A stretch of DNA of 64,000 nucleotides from an uncultured Nitrospiraceae bacterium (GCA_963846575.1 CAWJWJ010000001.1:896001-960000); one strand, 5' to 3'. Shown: positions 9,345 through 20,701, numbered from the stretch's first letter. The notes: generated by a model not told the origin, from the letters alone. Made by a program: numbers and translations.

Positions 9345-10432
9345 GATGTCGTCGCTGGTGCGAGTTGCGCGGCCACGGATGCTGCACCCAGCAGGGCGGT
9401 TCGGTCGTTGGTGACGACTTTCACCGGAATCTGGTTCATTAAGCGCTTATAGCGGCCTTTATTTGTGAACCCGCGCATAAAGGAGCCGTCCTGCAGCTTT
9501 TTAAGCAGTTTCGGCGCGATGCCTCCGGCCACATAAACACCATCCAGCGCCAGCGCCTTGAGCGCCAGGTTGCCGGCCTCGGCGCCATAAATCGAGACGA
9601 AGAGATCCAGGGCCTGGGACGCGATCTCCGTTTGACCGTTAAGTCCAGCCTGCGCAATCTCCGCGGCTGGATCACCTACCTTGATTTTTTCCGCAAGCCA
9701 GGTGGGCTCATTCTTTTTCGTGTCGCGGATGTATTCGTAGACGGCATGGAGGCCGGGACCGGACACGATGCGTTCGTAACTCACATGGAGGTAGCTCCCA
9801 CGTAAATGACGAAGCAGCTCGATCTCGCTATCACTGTTCGGAGCAAAATCTGTATGTCCGCCTTCCGATGGCATGGGACGATACCGGGTTCCATCCCAGA
9901 ACAGGATGCATTCGCCGAGCCCGGTTCCCGCTGCGATCAGGGCCAAGGCTTGTTTTTTCTTTGGTGGAGCGCCGGCATTCAAGACGACCACTTCGTCGGG
10001 CCTCAGAAGGAGCAGACCGTAAGCTGTTGCTTCCAGATCATTGAGCAGCCGCACATGGGCAATGTCGAAGCGCTGGGCAAGCAGGGCGCCATCGATCACC
10101 CAGGGTAGATTGGTCGTGCGGCAGCGGTTATCGATGACCGGTCCGGCCACGCCGAAGCATGCCGCCGTCAGTTTCACGGGTTCGGGAGGGAGTTCCGGTT
10201 GGTCCGGGACCTCGGCTGGATGTTCATCTTCGTCGTCTGACACCTCGATGAGGTCGTCGTGAGGGACGGTCTTCGATGGTATTGTGCCGAGGAACTCCTC
10301 GATCATTTCTTCGAGGCCTGTATAATCCGCGCTGTGGAAGCTGTCGGCGTGTAACGGTTCGCTCCGGCCGGTAGTCCACTCGTACAGCGCCAGGTTTGTT
10401 TTTGTCCCACCAATATCGCCTGCCAGAATCAT
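9341..10432 (-). CDS. glk: Glucokinase (Glk family)
   Basis: ILAGDIGGTKT, GVAGPV, LLNDLEA, GTGLG, SEGGH and ERIVSGPGL motifs; GAGGAC RBS before ATG 10432. Confidence 0.92.
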   Translation of the reverse strand: MILAGDIGGTKTNLALYEWTTGRSEPLHADSFHSADYTGLEEMIEEFLGTIPSKTVPHDDLIEVSDDEDEHPAEVPDQPELPPEPVKLTAACFGVAGPVIDNRCRTTNLPWVIDGALLAQRFDIAHVRLLNDLEATAYGLLLLRPDEVVVLNAGAPPKKKQALALIAAGTGLGECILFWDGTRYRPMPSEGGHTDFAPNSDSEIELLRHLRGSYLHVSYERIVSGPGLHAVYEYIRDTKKNEPTWLAEKIKVGDPAAEIAQAGLNGQTEIASQALDLFVSIYGAEAGNLALKALALDGVYVAGGIAPKLLKKLQDGSFMRGFTNKGRYKRLMNQIPVKVVTNDRTALLGAASVAAQLAPATTS

Positions 10433-10451
10433 GAAGTCCTCACCTCGTTGA

Positions 10452-11213
10452 CTAAGCTTTTGCCGATTCAGACAGCTCAGACGCGGCGGCTCGGTCAAGA
10501 TACCACAGTAACCGGCCCCGCTGAGGCCGCACCAGTCCGGCTGGATAGAAGGTGGGATCCGTCGGCTGGCTCTCAATCACGCGTCGAACGACCAGAGCTT
10601 TGTTCTGCCCTGTCACGAGGAACAGTACCACACTCGCGTGATTGATCACACCTAGAGTGAGCGTTAGCCGTGATCGTATGCCGCGGGGTGAGACATTCGG
10701 CACGACCCACCGTGTACGCTCATTCAGAGCAGGAGTCCCGGGAAACAGTGAGGCGGTATGTCCATCGTCGCCTATTCCGAGCAAAAGCAGATCCAGCACT
10801 GGCCACTCATCTGACGTGGGGGCGGTCAGACGACGGAGGTCGTCCTCGTACTGAGCAGCTGCGGTCTCAGGTGGGTCTTCCCCTCGCATCCGATGGATCT
10901 GGGTTGGAGCAATGTTGAGCGGGATGAATAACGCCTCATTTGCCATGGCGAAATTGCTGTCAGGGTGAGTAGCCGGGACGCTGCGTTCATCACCGAACAG
11001 GAAGTGCACCTTGCTCCAGTCTAATCGTCGCGCATGACTCGGGCTCGACAAGCATGAGTAGAGTGCTTTCGGTGTAGAACCTCCTGACAAGACCACCAGG
11101 AAATGCCCGCGTTGGGCGATGGCTTGTTCGCCCGTCGAGATGAAGGCGTCTGCCGCGTGCACTGCCAGCTCCTGAGTATCTGCGAAGATGTGGAGTTCCC
11201 GGGAGTACGACAT
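10452..11213 (-). CDS. pgl: 6-phosphogluconolactonase
   Basis: LSGGSTP, FGDER, DSNF, GIGDDGHTASLFP and RLTLT motifs. Confidence 0.93.
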   Translation of the reverse strand: MSYSRELHIFADTQELAVHAADAFISTGEQAIAQRGHFLVVLSGGSTPKALYSCLSSPSHARRLDWSKVHFLFGDERSVPATHPDSNFAMANEALFIPLNIAPTQIHRMRGEDPPETAAAQYEDDLRRLTAPTSDEWPVLDLLLLGIGDDGHTASLFPGTPALNERTRWVVPNVSPRGIRSRLTLTLGVINHASVVLFLVTGQNKALVVRRVIESQPTDPTFYPAGLVRPQRGRLLWYLDRAAASELSESAKA

Positions 11214-11214
11214 A

Positions 11215-12918
11215 TCAGCGGTGGGCACGGTGTTTGAGCGCAGGCCGCGTCTTTGCCATCGGCTGTCGGCTGCTCGTCTTGCTTGGAGAGACTAAGGCGA
11301 CAAGGTTGCGGATGGTGCCCAATGGATCCCGTCCCAGCATGATGTGTGTGGCCAGCCGTTGGTGCCTGTGGAGAGATTGGAGATCCCCGATGGCTTGTGC
11401 CTGGGCCAGGGTGCCGAAGGTATAAGCTTTCCCAGGGATTGGCAAGTCGGGTTCCATGGCGTCGAGTAATTCAAGGAACAGCCCGCTGTTAGGGCCTCCC
11501 TTGTGAAGCTGCCCGGTGGAATGCAGGTAGCGCGGACCATAACCCGCCGTAGTGGCAAGGTGATGTCGTAGCATCACCGCTTTTCGTAGGGCTCGTAGAG
11601 CTGCCTCCAACTGAGGAGACGGAGTGGTGTAGGCGAGAATGGAGAGATAGCGATTGGGCGCTGCCTGTTCGAGCAATTGAGTCAGAGCCTGCTTCGGTGT
11701 GAGGGGGGGGGACGCGGGCAATGAGTCATGTGTCTCGATCTCTTGGAGGACACGGCCGGTATTATCTTTACTTTCTTGGACATTAGGCTGATCGAAAGGA
11801 TGAATGCCGAGTATGTGTCCCGCAATCGCAGTTGCGAACTCCCAGCGAAAGAACTCGCTTCCGACATCATACCGATCCGCCAGGGTGAGTCTGAGAACAG
11901 GGTAGCCGGCACGTTGGAGGGCAGTTACGGCTCGATCCAGCGAGCTATTGCGATCACCTTTCAGTCGAAGGTACACGAAGGCTCGATCTGGTCCGTAGGA
12001 TCTGGGTGCCGCAAGGGGCTCTCCTACAATGGGGACCACTCCGGTCCCTTCTTTACCGGTACTTTCAGCGAGCAACTGCTCAACCCAGAGTCCGAATGAG
12101 TTGATTGCTGGTGACGTGATGATCGTGAGCTTGTCTCGACCGGCTCGGGCCAGGGTGGCCATCACAGCTCCGAGCGCTGCGCCGGGATTCTGTTTCACCG
12201 GCATTGGCTGCCGGCAGGCCTCTCGCATGGCGAAGGCTCGTGCGAGGAGTTTCCCTACATCCACACCGAGCAAGGCTGCCGGTACCAGGCCAAAATATGA
12301 CAGAACGGAGTACCGGCCCCCGATATCGGGAGGATTTACAAATGTACGCCAGAATCCGCGCTCCAGAGCCAGTTGTTCGAGTTCTGTTCCGGGGTCCGTA
12401 ATGGCCACAAATTGAGCCCCTCCTCGATTGCCCTTGGTGCGTTGAATAAGCTCCCAAAAGTGAGCGAAGAGTGCCATGACTTCTGCGGTTCCGCCGGACT
12501 TGCTGGCGACAACGAACAATGTCCGCGCGGGCAGAATCGCCGTCGTGACCTGTCCCACCCATCCAGGCACAGTCGAATCCAGCACCCACAGTCGAGGCGA
12601 TCCCTTAGACGAACCAAAGGTGCCGCGCTGGACTTCGGGTCCCAAGCTGCTTCCCCCCATTCCTAGAACGACGACGTCAGTTGTGGAAGCCTCGCGCGTG
12701 GCTTGCGCAAATGAGCGCAAGTCGGCCACTGCGTCTTGCATGTAATCGAGAACGGTCAACCACCCGAGGCGGTTTTCTATTTCTGCCTTGTCGGACTTCC
12801 ACACAGAATGGTCCCTTGTCCAGATGCGCTCGATGACGTGTCTGTTTGCCAGATCGTCGAGCGTTTGGCGAAGGCTGTCGTTGTCAAGAATTTGCAAGGT
12901 ATTGGGGCGGGTTCGCAT
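11215..12918 (-). CDS. pgi: Glucose-6-phosphate isomerase (resembles the Pgi half of Tal-Pgi fusions)
   Basis: NRLGWL, GMGGSSLG, SKSGGT, AITDPG, IGGRYS, QLLAESTGK, PFDQPNVQESK and HSTGQLHKGG motifs. Confidence 0.88.
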   Translation of the reverse strand: MRTRPNTLQILDNDSLRQTLDDLANRHVIERIWTRDHSVWKSDKAEIENRLGWLTVLDYMQDAVADLRSFAQATREASTTDVVVLGMGGSSLGPEVQRGTFGSSKGSPRLWVLDSTVPGWVGQVTTAILPARTLFVVASKSGGTAEVMALFAHFWELIQRTKGNRGGAQFVAITDPGTELEQLALERGFWRTFVNPPDIGGRYSVLSYFGLVPAALLGVDVGKLLARAFAMREACRQPMPVKQNPGAALGAVMATLARAGRDKLTIITSPAINSFGLWVEQLLAESTGKEGTGVVPIVGEPLAAPRSYGPDRAFVYLRLKGDRNSSLDRAVTALQRAGYPVLRLTLADRYDVGSEFFRWEFATAIAGHILGIHPFDQPNVQESKDNTGRVLQEIETHDSLPASPPLTPKQALTQLLEQAAPNRYLSILAYTTPSPQLEAALRALRKAVMLRHHLATTAGYGPRYLHSTGQLHKGGPNSGLFLELLDAMEPDLPIPGKAYTFGTLAQAQAIGDLQSLHRHQRLATHIMLGRDPLGTIRNLVALVSPSKTSSRQPMAKTRPALKHRAHR

Positions 12919-13092
12919 AACCCGATCTCTTCCATTACAAGGAACAAATCGATGCTACGTATCAGAGGTTCGTATCTTAGGTTCGCGGATGCGAAAACGC
13001 AAACAGGGATGGGTGGAATGGATTGTCAGTGCAGGATGAGGAAATGGTTCTTCACTAAGTCTGCGCGAGCAGCCGGCGGCGGTTTGGAGAAG

Positions 13093-14244
13093 TCAGGTTT
13101 CTTCTTCCTGATCGTCCAGGTCGGCCAACACTAGCGAAACGGAATTGCTCGATTCCAACGCGCCGACAATCGTGACTGGCGTCCCGACTGAGACCTGGTC
13201 AAACAACTTACCAATCTGAGGGTTATCCAGAAGGATGCTGCCGAATGGTTGATCTGTAATACCCTGTGCGGTGCCATGCAGCTGGATTAGGCCTGGCATA
13301 GGTTGTCTCCGCGGGATCAGGCCAGCCTTTTGGGCCTCTACGAAGCGGCGTCGGTCGTCGGCGTTGGGGTAATCCAGAATCAAGGCACGGAAGTAGGGAG
13401 TTTGTCCCGATCCGCGCTTACGATGAATGCGATATTCACCTTCCGGGGTAGCCCCGTCTCCATAATATTGTTTCGCTCGAATTCCTCTGGAACCGAGTCT
13501 AATCGGATAGCTCAGAATTTTTCGGCCATTCTTGTAGAGCGAGAGGACTCGGTCGGCCTTGCTGATCACTATCGACTGTGCGCGGTGGGTGCGGGACCAG
13601 TCGATGGTTCGTTGTGCCGACTCTCTCCATGCGGCGATTAGGTCATCGTCCGCATAACGTCCTAATTCATTAGTGAGTAAGGCGGTCTGGGTGAGAAGTA
13701 CTTTTCCGGCACGCTCTGAAGCCTGCGCTGCCTGTTCAAATTGTCCCTGCTCCAGGAGAAGCCGAGCTTGCCTGACAAGAAGTTCCGTCTCGACGGGGTG
13801 TTCGCCGAGCATCACACGGCTTCCAATATCACCCACCCGGGTGGTCAGCAGTCTGAGCCGCTGCTCGACCTTGGCAACTTTCGACTCGACGGAGGCTCGT
13901 TCTTCCTGACGACGGGTGTTGACGTCGGCTACAAGTTGCGTTCCCTCGGCCTGAAGGGATTCCAGATCGGTCTCTAACTCATTGTCTTCCCAGGGCCAGC
14001 GAACAATATTTTCTTCTGAGCGCACGCGGGCTTTCAGCGCTATCCATTGGCGGTTAAAATTTGAATAGCCCTCTGGAGTCACGTCAGAAGCTCGTAAGGT
14101 CACCAAGTCACGGTCAAGGCTCTCGATGGCTTCGACCAGCTCGTCGGGGACGGTTTCCACGCATCCGCCCAGGTTTGTCGAAAGAAGTCCGACGAACGCT
14201 AGCCTGGTGACTGCACGACTCACGCGGGTAAAACGGTTAACCAT
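13093..14244 (-). CDS. YkuD / L,D-transpeptidase-like lipoprotein with helical N-terminus; catalytic Cys appears replaced by Ser
   Basis: Lipobox-like LGGC; VISKADRVLSLY, GDGATPEGEY, LDYPNADD, IQLHG...FGSI and VGTPVTI YkuD-type motifs. Confidence 0.8.
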   Translation of the reverse strand: MVNRFTRVSRAVTRLAFVGLLSTNLGGCVETVPDELVEAIESLDRDLVTLRASDVTPEGYSNFNRQWIALKARVRSEENIVRWPWEDNELETDLESLQAEGTQLVADVNTRRQEERASVESKVAKVEQRLRLLTTRVGDIGSRVMLGEHPVETELLVRQARLLLEQGQFEQAAQASERAGKVLLTQTALLTNELGRYADDDLIAAWRESAQRTIDWSRTHRAQSIVISKADRVLSLYKNGRKILSYPIRLGSRGIRAKQYYGDGATPEGEYRIHRKRGSGQTPYFRALILDYPNADDRRRFVEAQKAGLIPRRQPMPGLIQLHGTAQGITDQPFGSILLDNPQIGKLFDQVSVGTPVTIVGALESSNSVSLVLADLDDQEEET

Positions 14245-14404
14245 GATCTTATTCTATCTCGGTGTGCGAAATTTCAGCGAGTCCTTCTCGTTTTTGTAAA
14301 CATCGCTTGCAACGCAAGCTGTTTTTTCAATGAGAAGGTGGAGGGCCACGCAAGGCAACTGAAATCTTCGAAGAGCTTGGCCCAAGAATCCATGTATGTG
14401 TCTC

Positions 14405-14419
14405 GCAATGTAAGTGCCA
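14405..14419 (-). promoter_or_regulatory. Sigma54 (-24/-12) promoter for the YkuD-like gene
   Basis: Minus strand reads TGGCAC-TTACA-TTGC with exact GG-N10-GC spacing, about 160 nt upstream of ATG 14244. Confidence 0.75.
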
Positions 14420-14610
14420 GTCCCGATAATTGTAGGTCAGAGGGGGATTTCCATTCGAGAACAACCGGTTAGAATTAAGCGGAGCTTCACGTTTATCATG
14501 CCCGTCTGTGGCATGTTTGTCTGACCTAGACAAGAGTGCCTCAAATCCCCTGAACCCTATCGTCGGTAGGTAGCGTGTGGTGGTGGGCGTCTGGTCGGGG
14601 ATGCGATCAA

Positions 14611-14639
14611 TTGACAGCCTTCATTCTCGCCCCTATAAT
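14611..14639 (+). promoter_or_regulatory. Consensus sigma70 promoter of the rpmH operon
   Basis: TTGACA (14611-14616), 17-nt spacer, TATAAT (14634-14639). Confidence 0.9.
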
Positions 14640-14683
14640 GCGACCTCTTCATGGAAAATTGATTTCTCGAGAAGGAGTCCTCA

Positions 14684-14821
14684 ATGTCGTTCACTTTTAA
14701 ACAGCCCTCGAATCTCAAGCGCAAGCGTGAACACGGCTTTCGGAAGCGCATGAGCACCAAGAACGGGCGAAAAGTTATTGCCCGTCGCAGGGCCAAGGGC
14801 CGCGCTCGCCTCACCGTCTGA
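14684..14821 (+). CDS. rpmH: 50S ribosomal protein L34 (not in the ORF track, 45 aa)
   Basis: Manual translation [54 protein letters not shown]; canonical position before rnpA. Confidence 0.97.
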   Translation: MSFTFKQPSNLKRKREHGFRKRMSTKNGRKVIARRRAKGRARLTV

Positions 14822-14983
14822 TTCTCCCCTGCCGCTACGCAATCTGCATGTAGGCGAACATCCAGGTGGTGGATGGTGGCCCAGGGTAAGTACCGTCATG
14901 TTGTCCTGGCGGTGACGGACGAAATGATTAGGGCCAGGCCTGCCGGTTGTAAGAGGAAAGAGCCCTAGTCACAGTCAGGCGGA

Positions 14984-15358
14984 TTGTTCATGGCGCAAGG
15001 GCTAGGACGTGCTCCCTTCTTTTTGAAGCGTAGCCGTGATATCCAGCACATCAAGAAGGTGGGACGGCGGGTTTCGACCGGATCGTTCAACCTCCAGATA
15101 TGCGCAGGCATGTTTCCGAATCCCATGTTGGGGATCGTGATTGGACGTCGGTTTGGCACGGCCGTCCGCCGAAATCGGGCTAAGCGCCTCTTCCGGGAGT
15201 TGGGGCGCTCAGTTCGTTCCGCATTGGTCCCGGGGAGTGTGTTCCTTGTTTTCCCCAAGAGAGAATGTCTAACCCTGCCCTTCGCGGAGTTGGAGCGCAT
15301 ATGGCGAAGCACATTGCAAAGACAACGGTTGGCCCGTATTGGGGAACTCGTGCCATGA
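14984..15358 (+). CDS. rnpA: Ribonuclease P protein component
   Basis: [20 protein letters not shown] (RNR motif); lies between rpmH and yidD; start uncertain. Confidence 0.88.
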   Translation: MFMAQGLGRAPFFLKRSRDIQHIKKVGRRVSTGSFNLQICAGMFPNPMLGIVIGRRFGTAVRRNRAKRLFRELGRSVRSALVPGSVFLVFPKRECLTLPFAELERIWRSTLQRQRLARIGELVP

Positions 15359-15564
15359 GGCATCTCTGCATCGGCCTCTTGATGCTCTACCGAGCCTGTC
15401 TTTCGCCGTTACTTGGGCCTGCCTGTCGATTTTATCCCACCTGTTCCGTGTATGCCCAAGAGGCTATTGAGCGGCATGGAATTGTGAGAGGCATCATGAT
15501 GGCAGCGAAACGCTTGCTGAAATGCCATCCATTTCATCCCGGTGGTGTTGATTTAGTGCGGTAA
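15355..15564 (+). CDS. yidD: Membrane protein insertion efficiency factor YidD
   Basis: [18 protein letters not shown]...[15 protein letters not shown] overlap with the rnpA stop. Confidence 0.93.
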   Translation: MRHLCIGLLMLYRACLSPLLGPACRFYPTCSVYAQEAIERHGIVRGIMMAAKRLLKCHPFHPGGVDLVR

Positions 15565-15610
15565 TAGACATGGCAATAATTCCTCAGCTCCCATCTATCA
15601 CGTAGGCTCC

Positions 15611-17359
15611 ATGGAAAAACGCGTCATAGTTTTCCTCATCGTGTCAGTGGCCGTCATTATCGGTTATGACTTTCTTCTGAAGGGCATGGGATTGATGCCG
15701 CCTGTGGAGCCTGCCCCCGAGGTTTCCACAGCAGAACGGGCAGTTTCATCGGGCAAAGTAGCAGAGCCGCAGGCTGAGACCACTAAGTCGGTCAGTCCCT
15801 CATCTGTTCTCCCGGCCGGGAAACCCGCTTCCGCCATTGCCGTGCAAGGTGAAACCGGGCCGGCCAGCCAGGAACAGACGGTTGAGATCGATACCGATTT
15901 GTTTCGTGCAAAGTTCAGCAATCGCGGCGCAGTGCTGAAGTCTTGGGAATTGAAACGGTACACCACAGCCGGGGAACAGGGCCCACAGCCCGTCCAATTG
16001 ATCTACAGCGGGGGGCGGTTCAAGGGGCCTCTCAGCCTGACGACCAATGATGCTGCGGTCACCAACGATCTTGAAAGCGCTCTGTACCACGTCAGCCAGG
16101 ACGTTTCACAGCTTGATAGCGCCCACCCTGTCGGCCATGTCACTTTCCGTTATCATGACGCCCAAAGAGACGTTGAGGTCGAGAAGGAACTGACCTTTCA
16201 TCACGACAGTTACGTGGTGGATATCGCCATCAGGACACAAGGGTTGACGGCTCCGGTCGATGTGACGCTTGGCACCAACTTCGGCATTGTGGAATGGGGC
16301 GAAGGGTTCATCGGGCTGATGGGGTCAGCCTCCCTGGTGGATGACAAGGTGCTGAAGGAAACGCCGGACGGCGAATCCGAGCGTAAGGGCGATGTGAAGT
16401 GGTCAGCGATCCAGGACAAGTACTTTCTCAGTGTGTTGATGCCGCAAAAGGCATCCGCCGCCCTGGCAAAAAAACAGGGGGACAAACTGGTCTCGGCCGG
16501 TGTCCGGTTCGCCGCACCGGCGACTGGTTCGACGCTGGCGATGCAGCTCTATGCCGGCCCCAAGGAATACGACACGCTCAAACTCTTGAATGTGGGGTTG
16601 GAGGACACGATAGACTTCGGCTGGTTTGTGTTCGGGAGTTGGAGCCTGGTCAAGGCGGTTGCCAAGCCGATTTTTTATGTGTTGCGCTTTCTTTACGAGT
16701 TTACGCACAACTACGGGATTACTATCATTCTCTTGACCTTGTCGATCAAGTTGATGTTCGTCCCGCTCCAGTACAAAAGCTACAAGTCCATGAAGCAGAT
16801 GCAAGTCATCCAGCCGAAAGTGTTGGCCTTGCAGACGAAGTTCAAGGATGACCGTGAACGGCTGAACAAAGAACTGATCAAGTTGTACAAGGACCATAAG
16901 GTGAATCCCGTTGGGGGCTGCCTGCCGATGGTGCTTCAGATGCCGGTGTTTGTGGCACTGTTTAATATCCTGTACATGACGATTGATCTCCGCCAGGCGC
17001 CATTCATGCTCTGGATCCAGGATCTTTCCGTCCAGGACCCCTATTACGTTCTTCCCATCATCATGGGCGCGACGATGGTCATTCAGCAGAAAATTACCCC
17101 GACGACCATGGACCCGACGCAAGCCAAGATCATGCTGTTCTTGCCGGTGTTCATGACCTTTTTGTTCGTGAACTTTCCCGCCGGACTGGTCCTCTATTGG
17201 TTGACCAACAACGTGCTTACGATCACGCAGCAGGTGGTGACCGAGCGACTCTTCTCCAAAAAGTGGCAGGTAGCTGCAGCACAAGGCGATGCCACGCTCA
17301 TTGAAGAACCGAAAGAGCAGAAAAGTAACGGCAAGCGGCGAAACAGTCCGGCCGAGTAA
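15611..17359 (+). CDS. yidC: Membrane protein insertase YidC
   Basis: N-terminal TM, periplasmic domain, YAGPK, NYGITIILLT, NPVGGCLP and GLVLYW motifs. Confidence 0.96.
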   Translation: MEKRVIVFLIVSVAVIIGYDFLLKGMGLMPPVEPAPEVSTAERAVSSGKVAEPQAETTKSVSPSSVLPAGKPASAIAVQGETGPASQEQTVEIDTDLFRAKFSNRGAVLKSWELKRYTTAGEQGPQPVQLIYSGGRFKGPLSLTTNDAAVTNDLESALYHVSQDVSQLDSAHPVGHVTFRYHDAQRDVEVEKELTFHHDSYVVDIAIRTQGLTAPVDVTLGTNFGIVEWGEGFIGLMGSASLVDDKVLKETPDGESERKGDVKWSAIQDKYFLSVLMPQKASAALAKKQGDKLVSAGVRFAAPATGSTLAMQLYAGPKEYDTLKLLNVGLEDTIDFGWFVFGSWSLVKAVAKPIFYVLRFLYEFTHNYGITIILLTLSIKLMFVPLQYKSYKSMKQMQVIQPKVLALQTKFKDDRERLNKELIKLYKDHKVNPVGGCLPMVLQMPVFVALFNILYMTIDLRQAPFMLWIQDLSVQDPYYVLPIIMGATMVIQQKITPTTMDPTQAKIMLFLPVFMTFLFVNFPAGLVLYWLTNNVLTITQQVVTERLFSKKWQVAAAQGDATLIEEPKEQKSNGKRRNSPAE

Positions 17360-17379
17360 CCTCTACAACTGGGTGCGTC

Positions 17380-18810
17380 ATGCGTGGCGCGCTGGACGAT
17401 ACGATTTGTGCCATTGCAACTCCTCCCGGTGAAGGGGGAATCGGCGTGGTCCGCATCAGCGGCCTCGAGGCCCTCGACTGCGCTTCTCAGGTCATTCGTC
17501 TCCGATCAGGCAAGCTTCTTCAGGATCTTCGAACTCATAGAATGGCGCTGGCGGATGTCTGCGCGGATCGCCACAGGCCAGGGGCCGGGCCCGAATTTGC
17601 TGGGCCAACCCGTTCAGTTATTGATGAAGCACTGGTTGTCGTAATGAGACGGCCGCATTCTTTTACGGGGGAGGATGTGGTCGAGGTGCAGTGCCACGGC
17701 GGTCCGGTCATACTCGATCAGCTGTGCAAGGCATTGTTGCTTGCGGGAGCCAGACTGGCCGAGCCGGGCGAGTTTACCAAACGAGCCTTTCTCAATGGCC
17801 GGTTAGACCTCGCGCAGGCCGAGGCCGTGCTCGATACCATCAGGGCGAAAACCGAACGCAGCCTGACCCTTGCCCAATCGCAACGCCGGGGGGAATTGTC
17901 GCAGGAGGTGGAAGCGACGCGCTCGGCATTGGTCGTGGCTCTCGCGCACATCGAGGCCGCGCTGGACTTTGCAGAGGAAGACATCACATTTGTTCAGCAG
18001 GACGAACTCTTGCGGGTGCTTGAGTCGACGGCAACCAGACTGCGACGACTGGTCCAGTCCGGCAGGGAAGGCCGGATCTGGAGAGAGGGCGCGGCCGTGG
18101 CGATTCTCGGTTGCCCGAATGTCGGCAAATCCAGCTTGATGAACGCCTTACTGAGAAGTGATCGCGCCATTGTCACGCCCGTTCCTGGTACGACACGGGA
18201 TATGCTGGAGGAAGTCGTCAGTATCGATGGCCTGCCAGTGCGGTTGTTTGATACGGCCGGCATCCGGTCCACTGAGGATCCAGTCGAGGCTGAAGGTATC
18301 CGTCGCAGTCAGCTCGCCTGGGAGGAGGCCGACCTTGCCCTCATTCTGTTGGATGGTTCTGAGCATCTGTCCGAGGGCGATCGAGTCCTGCTGGCCCGTC
18401 ACGAAGCGGCGCGAGCTCTGCTGGTCATTAATAAGTGCGATCTGCCTCGACGGCTCACGCCGGAGGAGCTTGCCCAGGCCTGCCCCGCCCCTGAAGGCAC
18501 GATCGACATTTCAGCCAAAATGCGGATTGGGTTGCACGAACTGCGAGACGCAATTCGCAGCCGGCTGACGCCCAGCCGATTTGAGTCGCGGGAGGGAGTC
18601 CTCGTAACCAATCTCCGCCATGCGGCGGCGCTTGAACGGGCGTGCCACGGTGTGGAACAGGCGACCCAATCAGTTCAGAATGGACGTGCGGGAGAGCTGG
18701 TTGCAGTGGATCTTCGCATTGCCTCGGATGCTTTAGGGGAAATTACGGGTGCCATCACGACCGATGAAATTCTCGAACGGATCTTTGCTGAATTCTGCAT
18801 AGGCAAATGA
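17380..18810 (+). CDS. mnmE: tRNA modification GTPase MnmE
   Basis: [51 protein letters not shown] and C-terminal FCIGK. Confidence 0.97.
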   Translation: MRGALDDTICAIATPPGEGGIGVVRISGLEALDCASQVIRLRSGKLLQDLRTHRMALADVCADRHRPGAGPEFAGPTRSVIDEALVVVMRRPHSFTGEDVVEVQCHGGPVILDQLCKALLLAGARLAEPGEFTKRAFLNGRLDLAQAEAVLDTIRAKTERSLTLAQSQRRGELSQEVEATRSALVVALAHIEAALDFAEEDITFVQQDELLRVLESTATRLRRLVQSGREGRIWREGAAVAILGCPNVGKSSLMNALLRSDRAIVTPVPGTTRDMLEEVVSIDGLPVRLFDTAGIRSTEDPVEAEGIRRSQLAWEEADLALILLDGSEHLSEGDRVLLARHEAARALLVINKCDLPRRLTPEELAQACPAPEGTIDISAKMRIGLHELRDAIRSRLTPSRFESREGVLVTNLRHAAALERACHGVEQATQSVQNGRAGELVAVDLRIASDALGEITGAITTDEILERIFAEFCIGK

Positions 18811-18823
18811 AAGGGCCTCATTC

Positions 18824-20701
18824 GTGAGCGAACAATGTGATGTCATTGTGGTGGGAGGTGGGCACGCGGGATGTGAGGCAGCGTTGGCTGCGGCTCGTAT
18901 GGGAGCACAGACGATCTTGCTCACCATGGATTCTGAGCGTATTGCCCAAATGTCCTGCAATCCAGCCATCGGCGGCATTGCGAAGGGCCATCTGGTGAAG
19001 GAGATCGACGCCCTGGGTGGTGAAATGGGTCGAAACACCGATCTGGCGGGTATCCAATTTCGCATGATCAATACGAGCAAGGGGCCTGCGGTGCGTGCTT
19101 TGCGCGCGCAATGCGACAAGAAAGTGTATCGCGAGGTCATGCAGGGAACGCTGCGCGCACAGCCTCGGCTCGAAATCGCCTGTGGAACCGTCGACCGTAT
19201 CCTGACCCAGTCTGGAGCCGTGACTGGTGTCGTGACTGATGGAGGGCGGCATATCCAGGCGAGGGCGGTCGTTCTCACATCGGGGACATTTCTGAAGGGG
19301 CTGATTCATATCGGCCTCAATCATTTTCCGGCCGGCCGGGCAGGAGAAGCGTCGGCAGAGCATCTCTCCGATTGCATGCGTGACTTTGGTTTTGAGGTAG
19401 GGCGACTCAAGACGGGCACGCCACCTCGGCTGGACCGTGATTCGATCGATTTTTCCGTCATGGTCCCCCAGCCGGGAGACGACCCGCCGCAACCATTCTC
19501 CTACAGAACCAGGCAATTACCGCTAGCGCAGGTTTCTTGCCATTTGACCTATACGAACTCACAAACACATGAAATAATTAATAAAAACATAGATAGGTCG
19601 CCGTTGTTCAGTGGCATTATCGATTCGGTCGGCCCACGATACTGCCCTTCGATAGAAGACAAAGTCGTCAGGTTTGCCGATAAAGACCGCCACCAGATTT
19701 TTATCGAACCAGAGGGGTTGGACACGAATGAATTCTATCCCAATGGGATCTCCACCAGCTTGCCGGTCGATGTGCAGGCTGCCATTCTCAAGACGATTCC
19801 AGGCCTCGAGCGGGCGACAATCCTCAAGCCGGGCTACGCGGTTGAATATGATTTTTTCCCGCCTCGCCAGTTGCATGGCACGCTGGAAACAAAACTAGTG
19901 CAAGGGCTATATCATGCAGGCCAAATTAATGGGACCTCCGGTTATGAAGAAGCCGGGGCCCAGGGCATCATGGCTGGGGTGAACGCCGCCTTGAAGCTCA
20001 GAGGGGACCCACCGCTTGTACTGGAGCGATCCCAGGCATATATCGGCGTGCTCATTGATGATTTGATCACGAAAGATGCCAGAGAGCCTTATCGGATGTT
20101 TACTTCGCGTGCAGAGTACAGGCTCCTGCTTCGCCATGACAATGCCGACCTTCGATTGATGGCGATCGGGCATCAACTCGGGCTTGTGTCTGATGAATTG
20201 TATGGAAAACTCGAGAATAAACAGATCGCGATCAATGGCGAGGTCACTCGGCTTAAGAACACCAGGCCTCGGCTGACGCCAGCATTGAACCGTCTGATCG
20301 AGCAGCAGGAAATAGGAGCGGTCACTGCAAACCAGTCGCTAGCGGAGATTTTAAGGCGCCAGGATATGACTTATGAAAAAGTCCTGTCGGTGTTTGGTAA
20401 ATCTGATATCGATGATCCTGAAACCGCAGCGGCCATCGAACTTGAAATAAAATACGAAGGATATATTAAGCGCCAGCTCCAACAGATTCATCGTGCGGAG
20501 AAACTTGAACACCGGGCCATCCCCGGGATCTTCGATTACGACGCCGTTCCAGGCTTTTCGGGTGAAGTGCGAGAAAAATTGAAGCGGGTGAAGCCAGCCT
20601 CAATTGGTCAAGCATCCAGAATTGCAGGTGTGACGCCTGCTGCGATTTCCCTGCTTCTAGTGGCCGTCGAAAGGCACCGTCGGCAATTCGCTTCCACGTA
20701 A
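18824..20701 (+). CDS. mnmG: tRNA uridine-5-carboxymethylaminomethyl modification enzyme MnmG (GidA)
   Basis: [51 protein letters not shown] and [12 protein letters not shown] motifs. Confidence 0.97.
   Translation: MSEQCDVIVVGGGHAGCEAALAAARMGAQTILLTMDSERIAQMSCNPAIGGIAKGHLVKEIDALGGEMGRNTDLAGIQFRMINTSKGPAVRALRAQCDKKVYREVMQGTLRAQPRLEIACGTVDRILTQSGAVTGVVTDGGRHIQARAVVLTSGTFLKGLIHIGLNHFPAGRAGEASAEHLSDCMRDFGFEVGRLKTGTPPRLDRDSIDFSVMVPQPGDDPPQPFSYRTRQLPLAQVSCHLTYTNSQTHEIINKNIDRSPLFSGIIDSVGPRYCPSIEDKVVRFADKDRHQIFIEPEGLDTNEFYPNGISTSLPVDVQAAILKTIPGLERATILKPGYAVEYDFFPPRQLHGTLETKLVQGLYHAGQINGTSGYEEAGAQGIMAGVNAALKLRGDPPLVLERSQAYIGVLIDDLITKDAREPYRMFTSRAEYRLLLRHDNADLRLMAIGHQLGLVSDELYGKLENKQIAINGEVTRLKNTRPRLTPALNRLIEQQEIGAVTANQSLAEILRRQDMTYEKVLSVFGKSDIDDPETAAAIELEIKYEGYIKRQLQQIHRAEKLEHRAIPGIFDYDAVPGFSGEVREKLKRVKPASIGQASRIAGVTPAAISLLLVAVERHRRQFAST

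Noticed and set aside
14245..14683. Possible oriC upstream of rpmH
   Set aside because: dnaA is not adjacent and no DnaA-box cluster is seen; the gap is explained by two divergent promoters
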